From the NCBI GenBank assembly GCA_013334825.1, contig JAAXWR010000002.1:155009-219008 (forward strand): a stretch of DNA of 64,000 bases, given 5' to 3'. How positions within the stretch are numbered: position 1 is the stretch's first letter; each line of letters begins with the position of its first letter. The DNA comes from Candidatus Yonathbacteria bacterium (GTDB lineage: Bacteria; Patescibacteriota; Minisyncoccia; Phycocordibacterales; JACNGX01). Made by a program: the position numbers and the translations under genes. The notes under the pieces were generated by a model. It was not told where the DNA came from. It did not search any database and worked only from the letters and a program-made list of their open reading frames with translations. Shown one piece after another: positions 8,327-18,550 of the stretch.

Positions 8327-9673
8327 ATGCCAACAGTAACACATCATTCACGCACGAAATCTACTAAAAAGAAGTCGTCGTCTGCTCCCGTATCTGTGCC
8401 GGGTTTTGTACATGTGTGCACGTTGGGCGGTGTTGACGAATATCTTTTTAAGAAAAACGGTTTGCGCGTTCTTCTCAAGCGTGAGACATTCGCACCTGTC
8501 GCGACGGTGATGGTCACGTATCTGGTTGGATCAGTGAATGAACGCACAGAGCAAACAGGGCTTGCACATATGCTTGAACACATGATGTTTAAAGAATCAG
8601 CAAATTTCCGTCGCAAGGACAAGCGTGATATCAATGAACTCCTTGATAAAAAAGGTGCTCGTCTCAATGCATCAACATGGACTGATAGAACAAATTATTA
8701 TGAGACAGTTGCGTTGCCATTTCTTGAAGATGCGATTGCTCTTGAGGCAGACCGTATGCGTCACGCGATATTTGACGCAAAAGAACTTGCATCTGAAATG
8801 ACTGTGGTACGAAATGAATATGAAATTGTACGCAATAGTCCAGAGCGCATTCTTTCTACGGACATGCATGCGGCAGCGTTTCAAGCACATCCGTATCATC
8901 ATCCGACGATTGGTTGGCTGTCAGACATCACATCGTATACTGTTCAGAAACTCGTTGATTTTTATGATATGTATTATCGTCCCGATAATGCCGTGGTGTC
9001 GGTTGTTGGTGATATTGATCTAGCGACAACACTTCGTCTCATCAAGACATACTTTGGTGTACATGCGAAACCAAAAAGACCTATCCCTGTTGTTCTTAGT
9101 GAAGAACCAGCACAAGAGGGAGAACGTCGCGTGAGCATCGTTCGTCCTGGTACGTATGATATCCTCTCTTTCATGTGGAAAAAACCTTCCGCGTTGCACC
9201 CAGATATACCGGCGCTCATTGTCCTTGCGAGTATATTGGGAGGTGGGCATGCGAGTGCGCTCTTTCGCGCGCTTGTGGATACGGGGCTTGCGAGTGACGT
9301 GAGTGTGAGTGCATATCCGTTTCGATATGAAAGTGGTTTTGAAATAATGGTAACACTTGCTCCTGGTGTGGCGCATACGACTGTTGAAACAATTGTTATG
9401 CAGACGATTGATGCAATCAAAACAGGTGAGATAACAGAAACTGATATCGTGAGGGCGCAACATATGTTGAAGACTGCATATGCCAGTGAGGCGGGAAGCA
9501 CGGCATCCTTTTCAGATATGCTTTGTGAAGCGATTGCGGGAGGTGATTGGAGTCTTGCGTTCACCATACCAAAACGTGTTGCTACGGTAACACGTGAAGA
9601 TGTTCTGACTGTCGTGCGAACATATATTTCTGATACAACAAAAACAGTTGGACATTATCACGGACAATCATGA
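8327..9673 (+). CDS. M16 family zinc peptidase, the catalytic subunit.
   Basis: HMLEHMMFK inverted zincin motif (HxxEH) and NASTWTDRTNYY. The start was moved to ATG 8327, because the DNA upstream is the CT-rich motif block. Confidence 0.8.
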   Translation: MPTVTHHSRTKSTKKKSSSAPVSVPGFVHVCTLGGVDEYLFKKNGLRVLLKRETFAPVATVMVTYLVGSVNERTEQTGLAHMLEHMMFKESANFRRKDKRDINELLDKKGARLNASTWTDRTNYYETVALPFLEDAIALEADRMRHAIFDAKELASEMTVVRNEYEIVRNSPERILSTDMHAAAFQAHPYHHPTIGWLSDITSYTVQKLVDFYDMYYRPDNAVVSVVGDIDLATTLRLIKTYFGVHAKPKRPIPVVLSEEPAQEGERRVSIVRPGTYDILSFMWKKPSALHPDIPALIVLASILGGGHASALFRALVDTGLASDVSVSAYPFRYESGFEIMVTLAPGVAHTTVETIVMQTIDAIKTGEITETDIVRAQHMLKTAYASEAGSTASFSDMLCEAIAGGDWSLAFTIPKRVATVTREDVLTVVRTYISDTTKTVGHYHGQS

Positions 9674-11019
9674 CATATTGTATGACACATCCATTTTCTC
9701 TGAGTACGCATATACGCGAGACGGTTACTGATGGTATGACTATTCTATCAGTAAAGACAAATGATTCTCTTGTGACCGTGGTGGGAAGTTTTCCTGCTGG
9801 GCGTATGTATGATACGGCACACCATGGTGCCGTTGCTCTTCTCACCGCGCGCATGTTGGGAGAGAGTACACAGACGCGTACAAAAAAAGAATTGCATGAC
9901 ACTCTTGAAGGTATGGGGGCTTCTGTTTCATTTGATAGTGATATTGCACGTGGACGTTTTTTCGCGAGTGGTCTTGCTACGGACATGCATACAATACTTG
10001 CTTTGGTGGGAGAGATGGTACGTGAACCACGTTTTGACCCGGATGAACTTGCGGTGATGAAGACGCGTGTGTCTGCTGAAATACTTGCAGAAAGCGACGA
10101 CCCAAAAGGTATCGCTCGTATGCTTCTTGCACGTACACTATTTCCTCTTGGACACCCTCATCATATCGCCTTACCTGCCGTATTGTCTGAGACAATTGAA
10201 CACGTGACTGTTGATGACGTGCGTACATTTCATAGGGCAATGTATGGGCGTGGTGATATGATACTTGTCGCAGGAGGAGCTGTCCGTCATGATGAATTTG
10301 TAGAGGAGTGTCGGTATGCATTTGAGGGAATGCCGATACAACCCGTTCTCATTGAAAACGATAGTATTGTCTCTCTCTATGAAGCACGTCGTTTTGTGCA
10401 TGAGCATATGCCAAAGAAAGAAACTGCTTCTGTATATATAGGTCATGCACTTTCTCTATCGCCGACTGACCCTGTGTTTGACGCATTGAGTGTGGGAATA
10501 CATGTTCTTGGTGGGGGAATATTTGCCAGTCGTCTCAATCAAGAGATTCGTGAAAAACGTGGTTTGACGTATCATATACGTTCTTCGATTGTGGGCTATC
10601 AAGGGAAACTCCATGGATATTGGCTTTCTCTCGCGATGTTTCCAGAGCGGGTATACGCGGAAGGAGTTGCGCGTATGTTGTATGAGACTGATATCATTGC
10701 GACGCGAGGTATTACGACAAAAGAACTTACTGAAAAAAAAGACGAACTTCTCGGACGATTTCTTACACAGTTTGATAATCGTTCTGGATTGCCGTCATTT
10801 GTGCTTTCCGCATATGAACAAGGGGTGCCGATTACCCATATTGATGCCTATCCTGAACGTATGAGTACCATGACGGTAGCTCGGGTGAACGATGCCCTTG
10901 CAAAGCATCTTTGTCCTGAACAGAGTGTGATTGCAAGTGCGGGGGATATATCGCTTCTTGCTCGAAATGGTGTCCAAAAGGAATATGCACGGATAAAAAA
11001 GGAGAGTAAGAAAGCGTAG
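9670..11019 (+). CDS. M16 family peptidase partner subunit, predicted non-catalytic.
   Basis: Homologous layout but no HxxEH motif. Its start overlaps the upstream stop by 4 nt (ATGA), consistent with an operon. Confidence 0.75.
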   Translation: MTYCMTHPFSLSTHIRETVTDGMTILSVKTNDSLVTVVGSFPAGRMYDTAHHGAVALLTARMLGESTQTRTKKELHDTLEGMGASVSFDSDIARGRFFASGLATDMHTILALVGEMVREPRFDPDELAVMKTRVSAEILAESDDPKGIARMLLARTLFPLGHPHHIALPAVLSETIEHVTVDDVRTFHRAMYGRGDMILVAGGAVRHDEFVEECRYAFEGMPIQPVLIENDSIVSLYEARRFVHEHMPKKETASVYIGHALSLSPTDPVFDALSVGIHVLGGGIFASRLNQEIREKRGLTYHIRSSIVGYQGKLHGYWLSLAMFPERVYAEGVARMLYETDIIATRGITTKELTEKKDELLGRFLTQFDNRSGLPSFVLSAYEQGVPITHIDAYPERMSTMTVARVNDALAKHLCPEQSVIASAGDISLLARNGVQKEYARIKKESKKA

Positions 11020-11039
11020 TCTTGTGAGAGTGAAGAGAA

Positions 11040-11085
11040 AAAGATACGCGCGCGGGTCTTTACAGACCCGCGCGCGTATCTTTTG
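11040..11085 (+). terminator. Large palindromic terminator hairpin.
   Basis: AAAGATACGCGCGCGGGTCT..AGACCCGCGCGCGTATCTTTT lies between the M16 peptidase pair and nrdJ. Confidence 0.6.
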
Positions 11086-11202
11086 ATGCACTTTCCACAG
11101 GGTGCTTACGTAGATGCGCGGTACAATAGTGGAGTCATTATTAGTATATTATTTTGCTCGCATACCTATCCCGTTTTTACGGGGAAGGGGAGCCGATTGC
11201 CT

Positions 11203-13485
11203 ATGGTCAAAGGAGAAGAGGCGACAAAGAAGGCCTCCGCATTATTCAAGAAGGTCGCGAAACGTGATGGATCTATTGCGTCATTTGATATCACGCATAT
11301 TTCTGATGCTGTACTCAAAGCGATGAAGGAAACAGGAGAAGGGGATGCGTTTGACGCACATCGTGTTGCGGAAAAAGTAGTCGTTGAGTTATCAAAGTCC
11401 CATATTAAAGATAAAGGATATATTCCTGGTGTTGAAGAAATTCAAGATGTTGTTGAGAGGGAGCTTATGTGGGAAGATTTTGCCGCGACTGCGAAAGCGT
11501 ATATTTTGTATCGTCAAAAACGTGCAGAAGAACGCGCTGCAGGACGTGCTGTTCCTGAACATGTAAAACAATTGACCGAAGAATCAAGTACATATTTTCG
11601 TAATCAGCTTGCGGAATTTGTGTTTTATCGTACTTATGCGAGATGGGTGGACGGTGAAGGGCGTCGTGAGACATGGATTGAAACAGTTGACAGGTACATG
11701 TCCTTTATGAAAGAAAAGTTAGGCGCGAAATTGACACAAAAAGATTATGATCGCGTGCGTATGGCAATTCTCAAACAAGAAGCAATGCCATCTATGCGTC
11801 TTCTTCAATTTGCAGGTGTTGCCGCGCGCAAGACGAATGTTTGCGCGTACAATTGTTCGTATATCGCGCCGATGAATCCACAAGATTTTGGTGAAGCGAT
11901 GTATGTGCTTATGTGTGGGACAGGTCTTGGTTTTTCCGCGGAGAGTAAGTATGTGCAACAGTTACCTCAAATCAAAGAGCAAACAGGGAAGATGTTACCC
12001 ACGTTTGTTATTCCTGATACAAAAGAAGGATGGGCAGATGCGCTCGTTCATGGCATGAAGACATGGTACGAGGGAAATGATGTTGTGTTTGATTATTCTC
12101 TCTTGCGTCCTGCGGGTGCGCGTCTTCAGACAATGGGTGGTCGTTCTTCGGGTCCTGAACCATTGCGAAGTGTTATCGAATTCACGCGTGAGAAAATGTT
12201 GCGAAAACAGGGTCGTCGACTTTCCAATATTGATGTGCACGATATTATGTGCAAAATTGGCGAAGTGGTTGTTGCGGGTGGCGTGCGTCGAAGTGCGCTT
12301 ATTTCATTGTCTGACCTTGATGATGCGGATATGCGTGACGCAAAGAAAGGACAGTTTTACTACACTGAACCACAGCGTGTGATGGCGAACAATTCCGCCG
12401 TGTATGTACATAAGCCCACGAATGAAGAGTTCATGGATGAATGGGTTGCGCTTATGAAAAGTGGGTCTGGAGAACGGGGTATTTTCAATCGTGAAGCACT
12501 CAAACACACGTTGCCGAAACGACGCTTGGAGTATCTCAAAGGAAATACCAGTGACCTGGGAAGTAATCCGTGTGGAGAAGTTATTCTTCAACCGCACCAA
12601 TTCTGCAATCTGTCAGAAGTAGTAGCGCGCGCGGAAGATACAGAAGCAACACTTCTTGAAAAAGCACGTGTGGCAACTATTTTGGGAACGTATCAATCAA
12701 TGCTTACAGATTTTGGATATTTGTCTGATTCATGGAAGAAAAATTGTGAAGCGGAACGTCTACTCGGTGTGTCGCTGACGGGACAATGGGATTCATCTGT
12801 GTCACGCAAAGAAGAAGTGTTGAAGAAATTACGTGCGGAAGTTATTAAAACAAATAAACAATATGCTGAAAAATGGAAGATGAAGCCGTCTACATGTGTT
12901 ACATCAGTAAAACCATCAGGAACAGTTTCTCAGCTTGTTGATTCTGCATCAGGGATGCATCCGCGTCATGCTGAATATTACATTCGTCGTGTGCGTATTG
13001 CGTCAAATGACCCACTTTTCAAAATGATGAAAGATCAAGGGGTACCCTTTCAGCCTGAAGTAGGTCAATCGCGGGATGATGCAAATACTTATGTGCTTGA
13101 ATTTCCTATCAAAGCACCAAAAAGTAAGCACTATAAAAATGATATTTCTGCACTTGAACAACTGGAGCATTGGAAAACAGTAAAGGTTCATTACACGGAG
13201 CACAATCCATCTGTTACTATTTCGGTTGGTGAAGATGAATGGATTGCGGTTGCCAACTGGGTGTATGAACATTGGGAAATTGTGGGAGGACTTGCGTTCT
13301 TGCCGCGTGATAATCATGTGTATCAGCTCGCTCCGTACGAGACCATTACCAAAGAGCGGTATGAAGAACTCGCGAAGAATCTTGGTACTATTGATTTTTC
13401 AAAACTCGTATTGTATGAAAAAGAGGATACAACTGAAACAAAAAAAGAGCTTGCTTGTACAGGAGGTACTTGTGAAATAGTATAA
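11203..13485 (+). CDS. nrdJ: Class II (adenosylcobalamin-dependent) ribonucleotide reductase with an N-terminal ATP-cone.
   Basis: Single chain of about 760 aa containing NPCGE. The N-terminus KRDGSIASFDITHISDAVLKAM is ATP-cone-like. The start was reset to ATG 11203. Confidence 0.85.
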   Translation: MVKGEEATKKASALFKKVAKRDGSIASFDITHISDAVLKAMKETGEGDAFDAHRVAEKVVVELSKSHIKDKGYIPGVEEIQDVVERELMWEDFAATAKAYILYRQKRAEERAAGRAVPEHVKQLTEESSTYFRNQLAEFVFYRTYARWVDGEGRRETWIETVDRYMSFMKEKLGAKLTQKDYDRVRMAILKQEAMPSMRLLQFAGVAARKTNVCAYNCSYIAPMNPQDFGEAMYVLMCGTGLGFSAESKYVQQLPQIKEQTGKMLPTFVIPDTKEGWADALVHGMKTWYEGNDVVFDYSLLRPAGARLQTMGGRSSGPEPLRSVIEFTREKMLRKQGRRLSNIDVHDIMCKIGEVVVAGGVRRSALISLSDLDDADMRDAKKGQFYYTEPQRVMANNSAVYVHKPTNEEFMDEWVALMKSGSGERGIFNREALKHTLPKRRLEYLKGNTSDLGSNPCGEVILQPHQFCNLSEVVARAEDTEATLLEKARVATILGTYQSMLTDFGYLSDSWKKNCEAERLLGVSLTGQWDSSVSRKEEVLKKLRAEVIKTNKQYAEKWKMKPSTCVTSVKPSGTVSQLVDSASGMHPRHAEYYIRRVRIASNDPLFKMMKDQGVPFQPEVGQSRDDANTYVLEFPIKAPKSKHYKNDISALEQLEHWKTVKVHYTEHNPSVTISVGEDEWIAVANWVYEHWEIVGGLAFLPRDNHVYQLAPYETITKERYEELAKNLGTIDFSKLVLYEKEDTTETKKELACTGGTCEIV

Positions 13486-13505
13486 GGAAATAAAATAATA
13501 AGATA

Positions 13506-13553
13506 ATGTGCATAATAACAACGACGGGAAACCGTCGTTGTTATTATGCACAT
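13506..13553 (+). terminator. Perfect 22-bp stem hairpin downstream of nrdJ.
   Basis: ATGTGCATAATAACAACGACGG GAAA CCGTCGTTGTTATTATGCACAT. The following T-run is weak. Confidence 0.5.
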
Positions 13554-13639
13554 CGACATTTTCGCTTGGAGGATAATAAGGTATACTAATAAGGCATGGA
13601 TTATTAGTTGTTAATAGGCAGTCATTTTTTTATAATTGT

Positions 13640-15991
13640 ATGAAACATATATCATTATCATCTCTTGCCTCATGGATATTTTTGGTCGGTGTGTTCTTTC
13701 TTTTTCCTCTTTTTTTCCTTCCTCTTCCAGGTGTTTCTGTTGGTCTTGCAAAAATGACTTTATTTGCGGGCGTAATAGGTGTGTCTGCGTTTCTTATTCT
13801 TATAGAAATTTTACGAAAAGGAGAAGCAACAATATCAAAAGCTTTTGTTTTTATTGCTCCAGTAGTGCTTTTTTTGATCGTATTTGTATCGGGATTGTTA
13901 TCTTCCGTACCCGTTGTTTCACTTATTGGCAATGGTGATGAAATGATGACGGTATCAGGTATATTTATATTTATTGTATCACTATATGTGGCGGCTCATA
14001 TATGTAAAGAGGAACATGTGTTACAACGCGCATATGTGCTTCTTGCTATGAGCGCAGGTCTTTTGGTTATATATCAAGTGATACACCTCTTTTTGTTGAA
14101 GTTTGGTTTGGAATTGTTATCATTCGGTATGTTTTCGCTTCCTGTATCTTCTCCATTAGGAGGATGGTACGATGTCGGACTTTTTGCCGGTCTCGTTGCA
14201 ATACTTTCTCTTGTTGCAACGGTATTAGCACCTAAAAAAGAATATATACGACGTTTTTCAATGCCTTTATTGATAGCGACATTACTTCTCGTTATTCTTG
14301 TGAACTTCTCTCTTGTATGGTGGATACTTGCTTCGATTTCCTTATTGTTAGTCGTCTTCTCATTTTCTTTTGGGCGTTCAATGTCTAATAGTGAAGACCT
14401 GGAGCACCACCAGTCAACTTCTATTTCTCCTGTGTCTCCTCTTATCGTTCTTCTTGTATCAATTGTATTTCTTCTTCCAGGGAGCTTGGATGATGCGCTT
14501 CTTTCGAAGCTTGGTACTGGGTATACGCATATTCGCCCATCTTGGCAAGGAACCACTGATGTTGTGGTCAAGACAGTATCTACAGATATAAAGACAGCAA
14601 TACTAGGGGAAGGACCTAATCGTTTTACTCATGCCTGGCTTATTCATAAACCAGAGACGATAAATAATACAATTGCGTGGGATACTGATTTTGCATACGG
14701 TGTTAGTGCACTTTCAAGTTTTGTTGTAATGACAGGTATCTTGGGCGCGATATTTCTACTTGTATTTTTGGTGCTCTTTTTCTTTACTGCTCTTCGAGGG
14801 CTTGGAAAAGCAAAACGAAATCTGGAAACGCTATTTCCTCTTGTGTCTATGTTTGCTCTATCACTTTATTCGTGGATTGTCGCATTGGTATATTCACCAG
14901 GAATAGTGATGTTTGCATTTGCGTTTGTATTTTCAGGAGTATTCCTTGGTCTTTTGGTTCGAGAGCGTCTTGTCCCTCTTTTTACATTTTCGTTTTTACG
15001 TGATCCACGTATTGGATTTTTTTCAGTTCTCGTACTTGTCGTTGCTCTTATTGGAGGTTTAGTAATGTTGTACGGTGTCGCTAATCGTGTGGTTGCTGCT
15101 AGCATGTTTGGTGCAGGTATTACTGAGACAAAATATGATGAGGATGTGGAAAAGGGAATTACCACAATGCTTTCGGCTCTGACACTTCATGAAACAGATA
15201 CATATGATCGTCTTCTCGCAGGTGTATTTATAGAAAATATGTATACAATCGCCACTGCTTCTGAAGGAGAACAGAGTGTGATACGAGAACGTTTTCAGAG
15301 TGCGCTTGGTAATGCAATCAATGCGGCTCAGCGTGCAGTCGCATATGATGCTTCTTCGTACGCAAATCATGTCGCTTTAGGAGATGTGTATATGGCGGCT
15401 TCAAATTTTGGTGTTTCTGGCGCATATGAAAGTGCAATTGGTGCATACACGCTTGCGCGGGAACATAATCCAAAAAATCCTGCCGTAATTCTTTCTTTTG
15501 CTCGTTTAGAATTAGGAATGAAACATGTTGATTTAGCCAAAACTCATATTGCAGAAGCACTTGCTCTTAAACCTGATTATGCGGCAGCTATTTTTCTTCT
15601 TTCGCAGATTGAGGCAAATGCAGGAAATACTACTGAAGCAATACGTCTTTCGGAGCAGACAATTGCTCTTGCACCAAATGATATTGGAGCACTTTTCCAA
15701 ACCGGGCTTCTCTATTATCGTAATGGGGCATACACATCTGCAATCCCTGTTCTTGAACGTGCTGTTGCTGTTGCTCCAGCCTATGCAAATGCAAAATATT
15801 TCCTTGCACTGGCATACGATCGTGTAGGTAAGACTTCTGAGGCAAAAGTGATTTTTGAATCTCTATATGTAGATAATCCTACCAATGCGGAACTTCCGCG
15901 CATTATTGAAAATCTCAGTGCTGGTCTTCCTGCTCTTTCAGGTATTGAATCTGTTCCAGAGAATCGCCTTGATACTCCCATTGAAGAATAG
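13640..15991 (+). CDS. Polytopic membrane protein with C-terminal TPR repeats, possibly O-antigen ligase/Wzy-like.
   Basis: More than 10 predicted transmembrane helices in the N-terminal roughly 500 aa. The C-terminal roughly 250 aa carries classic TPR signatures (ALALKPDYAAA.., LAPNDIGALFQTGLLYY.., VAPAYANAKYFLALAY). Confidence 0.65.
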   Translation: MKHISLSSLASWIFLVGVFFLFPLFFLPLPGVSVGLAKMTLFAGVIGVSAFLILIEILRKGEATISKAFVFIAPVVLFLIVFVSGLLSSVPVVSLIGNGDEMMTVSGIFIFIVSLYVAAHICKEEHVLQRAYVLLAMSAGLLVIYQVIHLFLLKFGLELLSFGMFSLPVSSPLGGWYDVGLFAGLVAILSLVATVLAPKKEYIRRFSMPLLIATLLLVILVNFSLVWWILASISLLLVVFSFSFGRSMSNSEDLEHHQSTSISPVSPLIVLLVSIVFLLPGSLDDALLSKLGTGYTHIRPSWQGTTDVVVKTVSTDIKTAILGEGPNRFTHAWLIHKPETINNTIAWDTDFAYGVSALSSFVVMTGILGAIFLLVFLVLFFFTALRGLGKAKRNLETLFPLVSMFALSLYSWIVALVYSPGIVMFAFAFVFSGVFLGLLVRERLVPLFTFSFLRDPRIGFFSVLVLVVALIGGLVMLYGVANRVVAASMFGAGITETKYDEDVEKGITTMLSALTLHETDTYDRLLAGVFIENMYTIATASEGEQSVIRERFQSALGNAINAAQRAVAYDASSYANHVALGDVYMAASNFGVSGAYESAIGAYTLAREHNPKNPAVILSFARLELGMKHVDLAKTHIAEALALKPDYAAAIFLLSQIEANAGNTTEAIRLSEQTIALAPNDIGALFQTGLLYYRNGAYTSAIPVLERAVAVAPAYANAKYFLALAYDRVGKTSEAKVIFESLYVDNPTNAELPRIIENLSAGLPALSGIESVPENRLDTPIEE

Positions 15992-16008
15992 TCGCTCATA
16001 TATCTATC

Positions 16009-17694
16009 ATGGTAAAGAGAGCGTTTTCATTCATCAATAAAGAATTTTCCGGATTGCACCAAGCAGCATACCTGCTTGGTGCGTTCGCGTTTATCTCTCA
16101 AATACTGGGACTCGTGCGTGATCGTTTACTTGCGCACGCATTTGGCGCGGGTCCCATGCTCGATGCGTATTACGCGGCATTTCGTATTCCGGATTTAATT
16201 TTCATTGGTGTTTCCTCATTTGTTTCTTTGACGGTGCTTATTCCTTTTCTTGCGGGACGACTTGATGCAGAAGGGAAAGCGACAGAATCGGCGGACACAT
16301 TTATTCGTTCAGTAACGAGTGTGTTTGTTGTTTCTGTGACACTTGTGTGCGGTGCGACATTTTTTGCCATGCCGATACTCGCACCTATACTCGCGCCAGG
16401 GTTTACTTCGGAACAGATGACACTCCTTATCTCTTTATCACGGATACTGCTTCTTTCCCCGATACTTCTCGGACTCTCAAATATTTTAGGTGGTATTACG
16501 CAGACATTCAGAAAGTTTGTGGTGTATGCGGGTGCGCCTGTGTTGTATAACCTCGGAATCATTATTGGCATTGTGTTATTTCTCCCATATGCAGGACTTT
16601 CTGGCGTTGCGTGGGGTGTTGTTTTTGGTGCGTTTCTCCACGTCCTCATTCAATTACCTGTCGCAATCAAAGAAAAACTTGTTCCTAAATGGACATTGCG
16701 ACCAGACATAAACATTATCCGTGATGTGGTGGGGCTTTCTTTGCCACGAACAGTTGCGTTGTCGGCATCGCAGTTCGTATCCGCAGCTTTGGTTGCTGTT
16801 GCATCTACCTTTACTGCTGGGTCTGTGGCTGTTATGACCTTTGCATTCAATCTACAATCAGTACCGCTTTCCATCATCGGCGTGAGTTATTCTGTGGCGG
16901 CATTTCCTACGCTCGCACGATTTTTCTCGAGTGGTGATACAAAACTTTTCGCGCGTCATATGATGACGGCCGCTCGACATATTATTTTGTGGTCGCTTCC
17001 GGCCATCGTACTTTTTGTCATGTTGCGTGCGCAGATTGTTCGTGTGGTCTTGGGGTCGGGCGGATTTGATTGGACGGACACACGTCTTACTGCTGCCGCT
17101 CTTGCAGTGTTTGTTGTGTCAGTGCTCGCGCAGTCACTCCAGCTTCTCTTTGTGCGTGGATATTATGCTGCAGGGAAGACCAAGACGCCGCTTGTTATCA
17201 ATCTTGTCTTTTCAGGAATAACGATTGTGCTTGTGGGTATCTTGTCGCAATCATTTTCTCCGACAGAAGGGTGGGGAGAGGTGATGGTACATCTTTTGAA
17301 AATAGCCGATTTGCCGGGTACGGAGATTGTTGTCTTACCGCTTGCTTACACGCTGGGTATGATTGGTAATGCTGTCGCACTCTGGATATTTTTCGATAAA
17401 GATTTTTATGAGTTTTCTCTTCGTGCCGAACGAGCATTTGTCGAAGTGGCGGGCGCGTCGTTTGTCATGGGTGTCGTTGCGTATCATCTGCTCAATGCCA
17501 TCGCGCCGCACATTGATATGGAGACATTTTCAGGCGTCTTTTTGCAAGGTGCAGGTGCGGGCATAGGAGGCATACTCGCGGGGATATGCGTCCTTCTCAT
17601 CATTGGAAATAAAGAAATACGAGAAATAGGTGGGGCATTTCACACGCACATCGGACATGTGCGTCCCGTAGGAGCGGAAAAAGAAGAAATTTGA
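16009..17694 (+). CDS. murJ: Lipid II flippase MurJ (MviN).
   Basis: FGAGPMLDAYYAAFRIPDLIF signature and a 14-helix MOP-family layout. Confidence 0.9.
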   Translation: MVKRAFSFINKEFSGLHQAAYLLGAFAFISQILGLVRDRLLAHAFGAGPMLDAYYAAFRIPDLIFIGVSSFVSLTVLIPFLAGRLDAEGKATESADTFIRSVTSVFVVSVTLVCGATFFAMPILAPILAPGFTSEQMTLLISLSRILLLSPILLGLSNILGGITQTFRKFVVYAGAPVLYNLGIIIGIVLFLPYAGLSGVAWGVVFGAFLHVLIQLPVAIKEKLVPKWTLRPDINIIRDVVGLSLPRTVALSASQFVSAALVAVASTFTAGSVAVMTFAFNLQSVPLSIIGVSYSVAAFPTLARFFSSGDTKLFARHMMTAARHIILWSLPAIVLFVMLRAQIVRVVLGSGGFDWTDTRLTAAALAVFVVSVLAQSLQLLFVRGYYAAGKTKTPLVINLVFSGITIVLVGILSQSFSPTEGWGEVMVHLLKIADLPGTEIVVLPLAYTLGMIGNAVALWIFFDKDFYEFSLRAERAFVEVAGASFVMGVVAYHLLNAIAPHIDMETFSGVFLQGAGAGIGGILAGICVLLIIGNKEIREIGGAFHTHIGHVRPVGAEKEEI

Positions 17695-17830
17695 TGAATC
17701 GTGAGAAGTGTTATAAATGAATAAAGGTTCAACATGCGCATGGTAGGATCATGTGCATTGTTATTGTTATAGTGATATGGTAAGATTTGCGCAGTATTTT
17801 TTTTGTCATAATCTTAAAAACTATATAGTC

Positions 17831-18451
17831 ATGAAGCAAAAAGAAAGAAGAAAACGGGAAATGCTTCCTTATGAGAAGGCGTTGTATGAAAATGTTCCTT
17901 TCGGTTCTTTCAAATATGTTAGTTCGACAAATTCTGAGCACATTCTTTCTATGAAGCGTCATCTCATGAGAAAAGCACGGATGTATAAAGAAAATGTATA
18001 CATCTTTGCTAATGAAAAAGATCCTAGGTGGTATGACAATATCCTTTTGGACATTCAACATACCTTGGATGTATGCTCAGTTTTTCTTTTTGTGCTTATA
18101 GGAAAAGAGGAAGAAGTTCCTCAAGACATCAGAAACAGTATCGGGAAACATGAACACGGAAAGATTATCCGTGTATCTCAGAATGAACAAGCACGTTCCT
18201 TCATTATTGTTGGAAAAGAAGGTATATGTTATCGGTCTGATGAAGAAAAATGGACTGAGACAAAGCGTGTATATCATCATTATTCATGTTTTTTACCCGG
18301 GTTTGAGGTGAATAAACATCATTCCAAGGATATGCATGGTTCGGTCACACTAAATTGTTCTGGAGAAGGTGAAGTTATTGTATTTCTCTCTTGTATTTTT
18401 TTAGAGGAGTCAATTGCCGCCCTTCTGTGTTCGTATCATATTCTCCCGTGA
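17831..18451 (+). CDS. Hypothetical protein of about 206 aa, AT-rich.
   Basis: ORF with no recognised motif. The start was reset to MKQKERRK. It is followed by a terminator at 18480-18509. Confidence 0.4.
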   Translation: MKQKERRKREMLPYEKALYENVPFGSFKYVSSTNSEHILSMKRHLMRKARMYKENVYIFANEKDPRWYDNILLDIQHTLDVCSVFLFVLIGKEEEVPQDIRNSIGKHEHGKIIRVSQNEQARSFIIVGKEGICYRSDEEKWTETKRVYHHYSCFLPGFEVNKHHSKDMHGSVTLNCSGEGEVIVFLSCIFLEESIAALLCSYHILP

Positions 18452-18479
18452 AGAAATAAATATTCGTGATTATCTTTGA

Positions 18480-18509
18480 AAACGGCACGAAATGCCGTTT
18501 TTTGTTTTT
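18480..18509 (+). terminator. Rho-independent terminator.
   Basis: AAACGGCACGAAATGCCGTTTTTTGTTTTT. Confidence 0.7.
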
Positions 18510-18550
18510 ACATTCCCCATCGTGTTATTTTATGGTATGCTGACGACACT

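Noticed and set aside
11020-11202. Cobalamin riboswitch upstream of nrdJ
   Set aside because: No B12-box-like sequence or characteristic multi-stem junction is recognisable by eye. Only a terminator palindrome is present. A proper Rfam scan is needed.
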